From Curvularia clavata (Eukaryota): a DNA stretch of 64,000 nucleotides. Positions within the stretch are counted from its first letter, which is position 1. Each line of letters begins with the position of its first letter. Both the position numbers and the translations under genes were made by a program. This document shows positions 47,125 to 60,386 of this stretch, one piece after another. The stretch is taken from contig CP089278.1 in the NCBI GenBank assembly GCA_023920165.1, positions 3,038,001-3,102,000 of the forward strand, read 5' to 3'. Below the pieces are notes generated by a model that saw only the letters and a list, made by a program, of their open reading frames with translations, was not told where the DNA came from and did not search any database.

Positions 47125-48255
47125 AGGTATTTCACGTAGGATTAGCCTGGCGTACCTGGAAGCGCAGAACCGACGGTGTTTGCATGGTGCATCGTCAGAG
47201 TGGGTTCGGCCCCAGATATACTAGCAGTGTCCCTATCATGACAATAAATAGATTGCAGCTTAATTCTTCCCTAACCATGTGCCGACGCCAAGGCGTGGCT
47301 GGACTTAAGTTGAGGAGAAAGCCGTCGGGCTAGCTGTTTCGCGTTGGGATTTGTCCAGCTGAGATGCTCCCATTGCAGTGTTTGGGGTTGTAAGGCGCTA
47401 CTACGCGCTCAGTCACCGCGTGCCCTGGACTGAGCCGAGCCGTCTCTCTCTGAAAAGCGGGTTACGACACGTAGTGAGCTAGTGGGTTTATTTATTTCTA
47501 GACGTGTCATTTGTCCAGATTCAAGTTGCCGGCGAGTACATGGGTGGTTGCTAGGTAGCAACGAATGGCCGGGAACAGCGATGTTAAGGCCCCCCCTGCA
47601 ACACTGTTCCGCATGGCTTTCCGCAAAGGTTGAAAAAGGGAAACAATACGAATACGTGAAGAGAAGATAGCGCTATAACCTGGAGGCTATAGTTATAGTT
47701 TAACTGTGACAGTCGCAGAGATAAGAGAGTAGAAAGTAGGCTGAGGTTGTTTGCTATCAGGTCCGTGCGTCGTTGCACCAGCTACTTCTCACCCTTCACC
47801 TTCACCACTGGGTTATATGGGATCGCTATCTGATTCCCTACGATCTGTTATCAGTTTCAATGAATTCTTTGTTGGAACCCAGTGCCGTACCAGGATACCA
47901 CCTAGCTAAGCTGAGAGGAAAGGATCGATGGTAGGACTGGGGGATATTGGAGTATTTACAGTGCATGGCAGTTGAGAGTAAGTAGTAAGAATGGTGGGAG
48001 CAGAGTATGGGTGCGTTTGAAGACATGACACGACAGCAGGACAGCAAACACCCTCAACACGAGACAATGCGGAGGGTCGCGCTCAGAAACAACCGAATAG
48101 TGTTCAACTGTGTTTATTCTTTCATAATTTATGGACATGGGAACGAAAGACAGATGCGTATGATACAGACAGACACATTGGTAACCATCTCACTCTCCAT
48201 ATATCCACATCCAATCATAACAATTTCATCCTAACACGGCATGACGTGGAATCAT

Positions 48256-49946
48256 CTATGACGACTTCCAGAACTCGCCGCCCAACCACCTGTTGAGCAT
48301 CTCGAGGGAAGCCTCGGGCTGGTCGTATGGGACCATGTGGCCACCAGCGTGGAGCTTCAAGAAGGTGAAGTTACCGCTGGACTTGACCTGGCCAACAGTC
48401 TTGCCATCGCCATCAATCTTGAAGTCCTTCATCTCGGCCTTGTTGTAGTCCTTGGCACCGGGCCACTCAAGGGCCTCAGTCCAGGCCTTGTTACCGAGCC
48501 AGTTGCAGATGTAGTCGGCATCACCGGCGTAGATGAGGACGGGGATCTCGGCAAGGATACCAGGGACAACGCGGTGGAAGGGCTTCATCCAGTCACCCTG
48601 GAGCAAGAAGTTGCGGTTGATGTCAAAGTTGCACGACTCGTAGTTGGAGACCTCGGCACCGACGGCCTTCATGACTTCCTTCTTGTTGAGGTAGCCCTGG
48701 ATCCAGTCAAGCTCGTCGTAGCAGAGCGAGTTGCTACCGCAGGGCTTGCGGACGTCGTAAACGTTCTGGCCAGTGCGCTGGTAAGGACCAATCATGGCGT
48801 TGTTGCAGTAGATGGAGGCAGGGACACAAGACCAGACAGACTCAGAGTTGTAGCAGTTCTCGATGAGGCTAGCGCAGCGGGGGTAGGCGTTGTCCATGGC
48901 CTTGCACTGAGACTCGTCGAGGACAGCAGGCCAGCCACCTTCACCGCAGGCCATGGGACGGTAGTACTCGTACTGAGTAAGACCATCGGTCAGACCGTTA
49001 CCGATGAGAACGGACTGGAGGTTGATGTTGCGCTTCTTGTGAGACAGAATCTCAGAGGCAAAGACAGGGATGTAGTGACCAGCGTAAGACTCGCCAGAGA
49101 TGTGGAAGCTCTGGTGGGAGTACTCGGGGAACTGCTTGAAGAAGAGGGTGAGCAGGGCGTAGATGTCCTTGCCAGCAGCGACAGTGTTGCTCACTGAGCC
49201 GCTCGAGTATGAGTATCCGACGTTGACAGGCTGGTCGAGGAAGATGACCGAGGCGTTGCTGTTCCATGAGTAGGGGTTGTGCTTGATCTTCTGGTCCTTT
49301 GTGATGGACGCAGGGCCGAGCTCCATGAACAGACCCGTCAGCGAAGAGCAGCCGGGTCCGCCGTTGAGCCAGAGGACAACGGGGTCGTTCTTGGGGTCGT
49401 TGCGCGACTCAAAGAACCCTGCGATGCATTAGATACAGTTGCGATGGAGCAGTGGCCATTGGGGTACTCACAGTAGAACAGGTGCTTGTCCTCCTCCTCG
49501 TCATCGAGGTAGCCGGAGTACTGCTTGACCTTGTCGACGCCCAGGACGCTTGGGTCGACCTTCTTTGCCCTCAGGCTGTACTGCTCGAGCCTGCCGTCGA
49601 TCTCGCGCTCCTTCTCGCCGTTCTCGTTCTCGACCCAGACGCTCTGGATGTCGGCGCCCTTGACGATGTGGTCCCACTCGCTGTCCTGCTTGCGAGTGTG
49701 AGGCTTGGGGGGAGTGAAGAAGGCGGCCTTCTCGAAGCTCTCGGGGAACATCATGGCAACCTCGTCCCAGATGGCGCGGGCCTCGCCGGTGAGCGACTTG
49801 AGGCTCTCCTCGAGGTTGTGCATTCCCTTTGCGAAGGAAGACTCCTTGAGCTCGCTGAAGGAGTCTGGGAACTTGAGGACCTGCTGCTGCTGGGGCGCAA
49901 CAGCAGCGGCTGCTCCAATGAGCAGGGCCGAGGTGGCTACCTTCAT
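48256..49946 (-). CDS. cpyA: Carboxypeptidase Y (S10 serine carboxypeptidase); intron 49419-49471
   Basis: Signal plus propeptide; [35 protein letters not shown] and GHMVPYDQP. Confidence 0.97.
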
Positions 49947-50575
49947 GGTGGCGGGTGTGCTAAGCTTCCGGAGCTGTAGCTGTAGGTGATGGAAGAGCAA
50001 AGGGTGCTTCTATGATTTGAGGGAGAAGCAGGGGGGGGATGGATGGGGAAGAGGAGGGATGGAGTGTGGAGAGAAGAGGGAAGGTTAAGAGGATAGGCGT
50101 GGGATAGGATAGATGGTGCGGAGAGCAGCCGCTTGTCCAGGCAACGGAGCATGACGCGCACCCCCGAAGCTTATCAGAGAGGCTGGCGCGCCCGAGCTCG
50201 ACCATCACATGGGCTTAGCGTTTCACGATAGTGCTGCCGGCCGGGACAGGACAGGACAGAACAGGACGCGAGACGCCCCTGGCAGACACGTCAACGACAT
50301 CATGACTGCCGTCGTCTCTGGCGGCCGGCAACGTTGAGGGCGCGTTCCATGGCGGGCGTCGAGCGTGTACAGCTGCGCCTGCAGCATGTGTGACGGTGAC
50401 CGGGACCTGCATGAGCCCAATCGGGCCTAGCGCGCTTTCGAATCATCCTGAGTGAGGCCTATGTCATCCGTCGAGAGCGCCCCCACCAAAAATGCCGTCC
50501 AGCTTTTATATCCTGCGCCCGACACCAGCACGCCGCCCACAACCACTCCCCACAGACCCTGCATAGACCGCCACC

Positions 50576-51540
50576 ATGCCTGTCGGGATCAAGACGCCGT
50601 CCAACCAGATCAAGCTGACCAACGTGTCGCTGGTGCGCATGAAGAAGGGTACCTTCACCCCGCCAAGCCCCATGTCTCCTCCGCAGCCCACTCACAATCT
50701 CCCACAGGCAAGAAGCGCTTCGAAATCGCGTGCTACAAGAACAAGGTCCTCGAGTGGCGCAACAAGGTCGAAAAGGATCTCTCCAACGTCCTGCAGATCG
50801 AAAACGTCTTCCTCAACGTCTCCAAAGGCCAGGTCGCCCCCAAAGCCGACCTCGAAAAAGCCTTTCCCAAGAAGTCGCTCGAGGAAATTATTACCGATAT
50901 CCTAGACCATGGCGAACTGCAAGTAGGCGAGAAGGAGCGCAATGCCGAGCTCGAGAGGACAAAGAATGAGGTCATCGACATCGTATCCGGAAAGCTAGTC
51001 GACCCCAAGACGAAGCGCGTATATACCACCGGCATGATTGAGAAGGCGCTGGATCAGCTGAGCTCGGCAGCAGCGTCGCAGCAGGGCGAAAAGGACAAGG
51101 GCGAGGCCAACGAGGATGGTGATGACAAGGCAAAGGCAAAAGAGCTGCCAAAGTGGACGGGCATCGTCACCAACAAGTCGGCCAAATCACAAGCGCTGTT
51201 CGCCATGAAGGCGCTCATCGCCCACCAGCCAATCCCCGTCGCTCGCATGCAGATGAAGCTCCGCGTTACGTGTCCGACCTCCGTCCTCAAACAGGGCATC
51301 AAGACTGCCCCCAAAGCGCAAGCCGACGCCGAAGACAAGGGCACAACCGGCACGGTCAAGGATGCGATACTTGGTTTCATGGAAAAGGTCGAGAGCCAAG
51401 ACACAATCGGTTCCGAATGGGAGGCCGTAGGCCTCGTTGAGCCCGGTGCATTCAAGGGTCTCAATGAGTTGATTGAGGGCCAAACCAAAGGACGAGGCAA
51501 TGTCGAGGTTCTAGAAATGGCCGTTGGCGCCGACGATTGA
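50576..51540 (+). CDS. SDO1: Ribosome maturation factor Sdo1/SBDS; intron 50649-50707
   Basis: [50 protein letters not shown] and KSAKSQAL. Confidence 0.96.
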
Positions 51541-52277
51541 GTGAGTGGAGACACGTCTTCCCAGCACACGCCGCGCATGGTCCTCGCCATCACGTGCTGA
51601 AGTTCCACCACCACAAGAGGAAATGGCCTGTCCAAGAGAACGGTGGGTCAGTTGCCCATTGGGCAGTGCCCGCGAACCGAAACGTGCATGGACATGTACG
51701 GTCTGCAAGGGCAACACGGCTCCCCTAGTCCACCGCTTCTTTGCCTGCCTCACTCTACAGCATACACACCGGAACTACGCACAGCTACAGTGCACGGTTC
51801 TACTGCAGTCGGGCCTTTGCCACGCAGCGATAAGCACTGCAGTGCACACCGGACCTTTGCATGTCTTTGAGTCCTGAGACTTGTAGCCAATCAAACCGAC
51901 GCTTTCCACGGCTGCTGTTCACACATCGGGACAACTTGATATAGAAGCGCTATCAAAATACAACATAATTTGACACTTTTCTTAGACCAATAACTCGCGT
52001 ATTCCAGTAATGTGACGACGCATGGCACCCGATTTTCCTCGGCTCAAAATCATATCTACAACCCGTAGTCTGCGAGAAGAGAGGTGCAGCTTTACTAATA
52101 TATGGCTACTGGCTGCTAAACACTAATTGTCAGCTTTGCTGAATTCCATTTGCTTAATCAAAGGGAGAGGTCCTGTAACCCACCTTAATATTGGTCATCA
52201 AGTATATAAACACGAGCGAAGATTCCTAGATATATTGCGATTCTATCGCGACCCCGTATCGTGGTTCCAAAAAAGCC

Positions 52278-53032
52278 TTAATCGTCATTCGCAGGCGGTT
52301 CTAAGCGATCATTGTAATATTCAAAGGAAAAGCTGTAGTCCCGCTCCTCACGCTCAAATCCATTGGCTATAAAGTCCCTAACAACCCGGCAAATTTCCTC
52401 GGCTATGATCTCGCAAATCTCTGTCATAACTTTTTCAATCACATGCCGCACCATGGCCCCAAGTAAAGAGTCCTCTGCTAGACATAGGGTTAGCACTCAC
52501 AAACTTAGGATTTAAGAGCGTACTACTCACCATCTTCATGTAGCGGAATCATTGCGCCCGAAGAGGCCTCAGGATCTGAACTAGATCACACAGTCAGCAA
52601 AACGTTACCCAAGACCTTGCGTAGAGCCTCCACATACCTATTCCCAAAACATGCAGTAATTAAACCGGCAATAGCTCCCCAAAGTCCTAACCTCTTGGAC
52701 TGAAGAGATTGACCAGCCCAACCATACCGACCTCCTTTATAGGACCGCAAGACCAAGTTTTTCGGCATTTGTTGCTGGTACACAACCAGCCCGTTCGACT
52801 TACTGTTATGAGGATACCGCTGTGGCATTCGTCGGGGTCGGATCATTGGCGGCACAATCACTGCTGCTGGTGCTTTTTGTCGGAAACATGTTGAGAAGAC
52901 GCGTCGGTTCTGTGGATAGGGAATTGTTCGGCCAAGTCTCGATGCTGCGATATAAAGTGCAGGTGATGCTCCTGCTCCTCCCATAGCGGAGGCATGGGCG
53001 ACTGAACGAAGTGCAGGAAGAGTAAGAGACAT
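52278..53032 (-). CDS. Hypothetical protein, possibly mitochondrial, single TM; introns 52581-52637 and 52478-52530
   Basis: Arg/Ser/Ala-rich N-terminus lacking acidic residues and a hydrophobic LGLWGAIAGLITAC segment. Two canonical introns (GTATGT..GCTGAC..TAG; GTGAGT..GCTAAC..TAG) give a continuous frame. Confidence 0.6.
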
Positions 53033-54509
53033 GGTATGTACGGATAAAAGTAGTGGACGGTCAACAGAAATTGCGATGATGTGGTGTGTTCGAAATATGG
53101 GTGTAGGATAGTTTTGAAGTAATGCAGGGTAGAAGAGATAGAATTCGCCAGTGACTATATGACGACTAGGTAAAACGACTGGGTTCACGTTGACATAGAC
53201 CCACGGTTCATCACGGCTGGTTCCAAACAACGGAACTGATGTGACTCACGTTGCCAGAACCTTTTATCAAGCGTGCACTCAGAACGATGGTTCAAAATTG
53301 ACCGACCAGTGTCGTCGCAGGTATCTCAAATATTGCGTAGTCCATTGCAAAGAGATGTCTTTTGGGTACCGGATGAAGTCCACATGAAAGAGCTCTCCCG
53401 CATGAGAGAACTTAACTGGAAATAATCTGTTGTTTCAAATGGACTTGACAAGATATTGTCGACTGAAATTCAGAAATGTTCCACTTCTTGCCCACCGCTA
53501 CACTCGCTTGCTGGCACCTGATCAAAATTGGATCTGCCGTACTCAATGAAAGACTCCGTCATTTTGATAATAGGGTATTCATATCGGGATGTAGTTGTGC
53601 GATGATTTCAGTTATGTAGATGCTACTGGGTCACTAGATAGTCATTATCCGCACTTAGCTAGATCAGAAAATCCATCTGTGCTACACGCTTAGCTGATTA
53701 CACTACATATAACACTGGGGGCAAGTAAGATGATGTCGGAACAGCGCAGCGAAAAAATGGAGCTTTTGATGCTAGTGGGATTTCTCGTGTTACGAAGCAT
53801 CGAAACATCTGAAAAAGAAAGACGTGTGCTCAGAAATACAAGCAGATATGGTTACTACAAGTGTGACGCATTGCTTTTCAGTGCGAGATAAGAACATGAG
53901 CCGAAACCGACGTCTTACAACAAATCCTTCCCGTCCCATCACCCCCCCTCCCGGAACTAATGCAACAATACCCGAAATCGGACCTGATTATATGCGGCCA
54001 AGAAACCGCTCGGGGTGAGACAACGGTTCCCCGCCTCCATTTTGCATATTCATGAGCATTAGCCCCCACGCATGGAATTGACACAATGACTGGCAATAGG
54101 TATCGTGCTATGCTTGTCCGCTTGTTCGATTGCCTGGCCCTTCCATTCTCAGTGTATGCTAGAAGAACAGTGATACATAAGAGATGCAAGAACAGAGAAA
54201 TGTAGACTCATCTACCGTTTACACAAATCCCATGCATACAATCCATAAATTCCAAATGACAATCTGTAGAACTTCGAGTAAATCTTCTTACCCCCACCCG
54301 ATACTCCACCTCTTTGTTTTTTTACATTTGTCTTTCTTCATACACCACAGATATAGTAAGCAAGGGTCATAAAGTCATAACTACTGTAACCACATGGAGG
54401 ACAACCGCGCTGAAAAGAAGAAAAAAAGAGCAATGACATGAAACCATGCAGCACAACCTAAGAAGAAAAAGAAGACATTCAATCACCATCGGAAAATAGG
54501 AAACCAGTA

Positions 54510-55217
54510 TCAGTCTCGCCACTCTCGACGCACCACCCGCCCGTTGTCACTCAAGATGCCGAGCACGTCAGCGCTGCTAGTGCGTACGCCCCACACCCGT
54601 TCAATCGGGTCCGCAATGGACATCCAATCCAGCCTCCGCACATCGTGCATGTCGAGCACGGCGCAGACCAGCCAGGGCGAATACATGGGACAGCTGGTAT
54701 CCTGGTAGAGAAACGGAGATGTTGGGCCAACCGCAATGCTGGCGTCTGAATGTGTAGTGCTCTGTGTAAAGGCTAAAGGGTGAGGTCGCGGTCGCTGTCG
54801 CTGGTGCTGGTGCTGGTGTTGGTGCTGCTCTACCTGTTCTTCTTCTTCTTCCTCTTCTTCTTGTGAAGGAGACGGCGACAGTGCTTCATCCGCATCGAGT
54901 TCCATGCTGCTTCCCGAGCTGGTCGGGGAAGTGGTGACACTCGAGAATGAAGCACTCAACGCTTCTGAAAGCATCGAGGCATCGCTCGCCTTAGTATTCA
55001 GCGGAGGCAGAGCACCAGCAGACCCAAAGCCTCCAGCCGGGATACTGTCACTTGTAGCATCGTAGCTCGGCAGTGTCTTCAGTGAGCCCGTCGACTTTGA
55101 AAACGGCGACTCTTCGACTGGCGTGACACTGAGGCGGAGAAAAGGCGAGTCGAATGACTGCGAGCGTATGCGTACTTTCAGTGAGGGGGTCTGCGGTGCA
55201 ACTGCAAGACTCGTCAT
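54510..55217 (-). CDS. Hypothetical Ser-rich protein with small C-terminal helical domain
   Basis: ORF from the ATG at 55217 with poly-E and (QH)n tracts; the C-terminal YSPWLVCAVLDMHD..WMSIAD..ERVWG segment looks folded. Confidence 0.6.
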   Translation of the reverse strand: MTSLAVAPQTPSLKVRIRSQSFDSPFLRLSVTPVEESPFSKSTGSLKTLPSYDATSDSIPAGGFGSAGALPPLNTKASDASMLSEALSASFSSVTTSPTSSGSSMELDADEALSPSPSQEEEEEEEEQVEQHQHQHQHQRQRPRPHPLAFTQSTTHSDASIAVGPTSPFLYQDTSCPMYSPWLVCAVLDMHDVRRLDWMSIADPIERVWGVRTSSADVLGILSDNGRVVRREWRD

Positions 55218-56240
55218 GCTGGAGCGGTTACGGCGGCAGTAACCATCTATGTGGACAGCTACAAGGAAAAGCAAAAAAATGGGTAAAGGATTACAGGGCA
55301 AAAGATCTAAGAGTGAACTGTCAATTCAATCGCTAAGGCTTATATCAATCAGAGTTACGTCGCGCATGCAGCCGGTTCGCTGGCTCTGCATTGGGGAATC
55401 TGTGACCACGCCACGACGTTCGTAACAAGACGAGGCTGCAGTGCTTCTGGGTACCGTTGTTCGGACCAGGCGCACATGGCGGGGGAGTGGGATGTGTTTA
55501 GTGGGTAGCATGATAGCACTGCGTAAGCCAATGCTACCATGGGTTGATGCAACATGCGTGGGAGACAGCGCACTCCACACTTGGCGGTTAACCCTCCAAT
55601 CGACATGAGTCGATGAAGACCGAGGCACATGGATGGAGACGTGCATCACGAGCCTAGTCTACGCCCGTTCCGTGTTTCAAATGCTCCGGCGGTAGCAATT
55701 CTGCTGGCCATGTCCATTGTCAAATCATTAGTGGCTTGTGCATACTGAAGTCTTCACGAAAAACTACTGTAGCAAGCCTAGACACGATTAGCGAAACATT
55801 TCGACTCCGTGTTTGCTTTGTGAAAAACCAAGTTTTGAGAGGACCGCGGCGCAATCCAATGACCTGATTAGCATCATCATTGTGTGACGTGGTGGACACA
55901 GTATGGCTGCGCGACTGATAATCCTCATTTGTCAATCACTAAGCGGACCGAGCGCCGCAAAGGCGGCGGGTATCGTGGTGCAGGCCAAAACCATTGAATC
56001 TTTCAATAATCAAAAGCGTCAAATCATTCTTGGAACAAGTCGAAATTTGAATGTGTGATTTTGGTACAGGCTGAATTCGGCCAACCCTAACCGTGGCACA
56101 TCATTTCACCCCATATCGTGCATTGCCGCATGAAGTGTAAACGTGAAAGCCAATGAAAGCCGTTTGATAACACCGTGATTGCACCACCCATTTCGTAAAG
56201 GCATGTTCCAGCCCCAGCTGCCCAGCGCAAGCGAAAACCT

Positions 56241-57254
56241 TTAACCCTTCTTCTTGGAGACACCGACGGTTCGGCCGCGGCGACCGGTGGTCTTGGAGTG
56301 TTGACCACGGACACGGAGACCCCAGTAGTGACGGAGACCACGGTGAGCGCGGATCTTCTTCAGGCGCTCGAGATCCTCACGGAGCTTGGAGGCAACACCG
56401 TTGGCAAGGATCTGGCTGTTCTTGCCATCGACAATGTCGCGCTGCCTGTTGAGGAACCAGGAGGGGATCTTGTCTGCGAGGGCATTAGTGATTGTATGAA
56501 TTAAACAGGGGCAGCCACTGCGTACACTGGAGGGGGTTCTGGATGATGGTGACGATGCGCTCGAGCTCTTCGGAGGTGAGGTCACCGGCACGCTTGGTGA
56601 GGTCGACATCGGCCTTCTTGCAGACCAAGTTGGAGTAGCGACGACCAACACCAGTGATCTTGGTCAAGGCGTACATGACCTTCTGCTTGCCATCGACGTT
56701 TGTGTTCAACAAACGGATGATGTATTGGAAGCTGTGAAAGTCAGCATTGCTCTGACAGTACGAGAACGCGTCCAAAGTCGATATCGCTCATCGTGTGCGT
56801 GCGCCGTTTCGTTTAGACAGCCACCAACTACCACAATTCGCCCCTCCCATCCAGACAGCATGGCCAAGTCCCTCCTCTTCTCAAAGCCAGTTCGATATTC
56901 CTCGCCCAAAGATATCCTTCACATGAACACCTGCTGCTGTTCTTCTACCTGGCTTTTGCATGCCGTTGGACGGGGGAGGCGGATTGCCATAATAGGCGGC
57001 CGAGATCGAAGCGGACATTGCGACATAATGGCGGCAGCGAATGGAGCGTGAAACCTCAAACTGGTGTCTCGACGTACTTAGACTTCTCTCCGGAGACGAG
57101 CGCTGTGCGAATGTCAGCATGTCTGTACTGTGCGTATCCGGCCCTGGAACATTGCGACCCCGCTCCGTGCGCTCGCGAGACAGGCTGCGCTCGACACACA
57201 AGTACAGTCGCAATGATCGAGAGCTATTCAGACGATCAGGGTGTACTCACACAT
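56241..57254 (-). CDS. RPS18: 40S ribosomal protein S18 (uS13); introns 57103-57250, 56732-57077, 56474-56525
   Basis: [44 protein letters not shown]...IPSWFLNRQ...[36 protein letters not shown]. Confidence 0.98.
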
Positions 57255-58366
57255 GATGGCGGCTTGTCGTACGTCGATGTGGTATTGTCGTTGCTCTGTC
57301 GAGTGGGAAAATCAATTTCGTCCTTCTACTACTAAGCGAGGTGTTAGCCAAGACGTCGGGTCCGTGCACGCGACTAACCTCTTCCATCGACACCCCGACA
57401 TCTCCACCGAAGCCACTCAACACCACCGCCATGCAAACCTCTTGTTAGCTCAAACCTCTGGGACTGTTCCTGCGAGCTTTCCGCACCTTGCTGAATGTAT
57501 TGTCTGCTCAATACTGTCTTGCACACCCGTTCACGCACTGCCTCACCGCTCTTTGATCCTGCGCTGTATCCAAGAGGGCTGTGCAAACCACAAAATTGTG
57601 CTGCCTAGCAATGCACAATACCATCCCACCCTACCTGACGAACAACATGCAACAAAAAACAGGGCCTTAGACCAGCCATGTAGAGATCTTCACGTCATGG
57701 TCAATATCAGAGCCTGCCTGGTCAGGCTGACAGGCACCAGCCACATCCTATGATCGCGCGACAAGCGCCACAGGTGCAATGCAGGAACGACCAGCATGTG
57801 TCCCTCAAACTCAATCTTTTCAGTTCGACAGATGCATCTGTTCATCGCAATTCGATTTCGTGGTCATTTCTAATCACTTCTGAGGATTCTCAGTAATGAA
57901 TCACAGCCATGAGTACTTTGTGTTCTCGTTCCTGTATCGCTTTGTCGTGTTATGGCTTTGGCCCCTACGCTACAATCACACGGCTGCGCCACACTTTGCC
58001 CCCAACAATTTTACTAATGGAGGGTGGGAAGGTCAGACGCCTGATTGTAGGCGAGACTATCGATAGGAGTATAGCGTACATATGCCGAACTACCTCTTAA
58101 GACCTCGGAACACCCACGGCACTGGCTACTGGAGCGATCAGACGCACCACCACCCTTGAACCATTCGTTGTATTGTCCCTAGCCTGGCTCCCAGGCATAC
58201 ATTTCACCCGACGCAGAGCCCTTGGTTGTTGGCATCCAAAGATTTTGGCATCCCTCTCTCTCTGGCCCGATTGACTCATGCATTCAAGGAGAGAATCTTG
58301 TTATTACAGTCACAGAAGCGGACGCACCTACTTAATCGCCCGTCCGTGAGGCGTGACTTCTCCACA

Positions 58367-59965
58367 ATGGCTTCTCAGGCACCCACAACTATGCCGACGT
58401 ATGTCACCGACGACAATGGCTCCCCAGAGGCGATGCCTCCGACAACGGGACTCGCTAGACACGACACGAACTCTTCTACAGGAAGTGCGCGTCGGCCCTC
58501 TCATGGAAATCGGATCATTAACATCAGTGGAGCATGCCCGAGCTGCCATCATCAACATAGATCACTCCAGGTACACGTAAGGATTGAGGACGATTCTGAC
58601 CAAGTTGGCGATGTTTACTGCAAGAAGTGTGGTCGCCTATGGTTGGCTTTCGGAAACGCCAATGCTACGCGACTGTCCCTTTTGTCTACCCTGAGTATCG
58701 ACACAGACCCGATCGAGAACACATTTCGCAGTACTTTGATTCATATGATACGTTCTGTCACTCCAATTGCAGTGCTATCTCCCACTCTCACCGTCATTCC
58801 GGAAGCGGCATCAGCCGATCTATCGCGAGAGACTTCTGTCCGTTCCACCACTGGTAGAGACGGGCGAAGGGCCACAATCAATCCAAATGATGTAGTCGAA
58901 ACGTCCGTCGCCAATACCATCGGTGGCCGCAAGTATAGCAGGCGTTCTCTGGTCAATGGACGACACATGCTCTCTAAGTTTACGCACAAAGCTAGAGCGA
59001 GATTCTTCAAGTCAGGGAAAATTCCTTTTGGTCTCGGAAGATGGTTCTCTAAAGAAGAGACCTTAAAGCGTGGAAGCCTCCAACGGGATCTGACAAGCGC
59101 ACCAATCGATGCCCCGTCCAGCCCTGTGATCTCGACACCCCCCTTTCAGGAGCATACAGAGGTACGAGAGGAGATCAGCACCAATTTTGATCCAGCTGCA
59201 CTAGATGTTTCTGCCTCGTCAACAAACGCCGAGGAGGCATTGGCTTCACTTAAAGCCTTGAACCTCCAAGTTCTGCAGAATCTACCTGAACAGGAGCGGA
59301 TTTCGTGGGCCCGCAGACAACTCACTGACTTCAGAGCTCGCCACTCTCGCATCACTGCTTACCTGACTAAATATGATACGGGAAATGGCGAGGGTCTCCA
59401 TGATCGCTCCGGATATCCACCTCGGCCCAATTCAATCCTGGCTTACGTTGGAGGCGTGTCTGATTCTTATGAAGAGTGGAACAGTCTCAGGGAACGCGAA
59501 CGTATCATCAATGGTCGCCCATGGAGCATTAGCGAAACAAGCACCTCTGATGCTGATACGCTTGTTGATAGAAGCCTGTCTTCTACCCCGCAACATATTT
59601 TTGTCGAGACCCTCCACCGAGACTATCCCAGATCATTATCGCCACGCCCTCTTTCCATGCATAGCGTGCAGGACTGGTCACAAATTCATCGAAACCGAGC
59701 TGAAGCCCGAAGATCTATTGACTCAACCATGACTGGAGGCAATGTCCGAAGTATCGCCACGGCAAAGACCCATGCTCCTAATCGCTTATCCCGTAATTCA
59801 ATCCACCGACCTTCTTCCTCTATCTTTGGTACTGAGCCGACGAATTCACGGACCCAGCTTCGAGTTGATGAAGAGACTGAAGAAGATGGTGCGTCACAGC
59901 GGCCGCGATCGCCCTCTCCATCGCCGCCAAAGCCTGAAACTGATGAAACCAACCCACCGGAATAA
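58367..59965 (+). CDS. Hypothetical protein with N-terminal zinc-ribbon-like CxxC..CxxC motif
   Basis: CPSCHH..YCKKCGRLW near the N-terminus; the rest is Ser/Arg/Thr-rich and mostly disordered; long intronless ORF. Confidence 0.7.
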   Translation: MASQAPTTMPTYVTDDNGSPEAMPPTTGLARHDTNSSTGSARRPSHGNRIINISGACPSCHHQHRSLQVHVRIEDDSDQVGDVYCKKCGRLWLAFGNANATRLSLLSTLSIDTDPIENTFRSTLIHMIRSVTPIAVLSPTLTVIPEAASADLSRETSVRSTTGRDGRRATINPNDVVETSVANTIGGRKYSRRSLVNGRHMLSKFTHKARARFFKSGKIPFGLGRWFSKEETLKRGSLQRDLTSAPIDAPSSPVISTPPFQEHTEVREEISTNFDPAALDVSASSTNAEEALASLKALNLQVLQNLPEQERISWARRQLTDFRARHSRITAYLTKYDTGNGEGLHDRSGYPPRPNSILAYVGGVSDSYEEWNSLRERERIINGRPWSISETSTSDADTLVDRSLSSTPQHIFVETLHRDYPRSLSPRPLSMHSVQDWSQIHRNRAEARRSIDSTMTGGNVRSIATAKTHAPNRLSRNSIHRPSSSIFGTEPTNSRTQLRVDEETEEDGASQRPRSPSPSPPKPETDETNPPE

Positions 59966-60386
59966 CCACCCGGGAATTATTTAGCGTCCGTTCATCATGG
60001 ACTGTCTTTCCTGCTCTTACAATCTTGGGAGGAACTTTTCATTGTTTTGGTCATCTATTGGTTGTCGCGAGTTTTGCCTGTCCTTATCTGTTGCTCATGT
60101 TATAGACCAAGCTGATTTTCCTCCCTACGATTGATACCGCGGAATAGAATCCTTTTCAAATTCTCAATCAATACCCCACAAACTATCTCAATTACACATT
60201 TCTGCCAAAAGAACGGTGTCTCGATTGACAGATCAGCAACATGCCAACTCCATTATCAAGTGCGCCAGACTAACATTCCACATGGAAATAGCGAAGTACA
60301 ACAACAACAAAGATATTTGGAAACCCAATTCGCTCTGTATCCCTGCACCGCCCTTCTTCCGCATTACCAAAGTGCCTCTGAAGCAT

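Noticed and set aside
48337..49197. 286-aa antisense ORF opposite cpyA (similar ones opposite TCTP, the LPMO and the hydrolase gene)
   Set aside because: Expected shadow of strong codon bias in the sense gene; no independent domain.
56732..57077. C/D box snoRNA in RPS18 intron 2
   Set aside because: No RTGATGA C box paired with a terminal CTGA D box was found; only the stem structure is supported.
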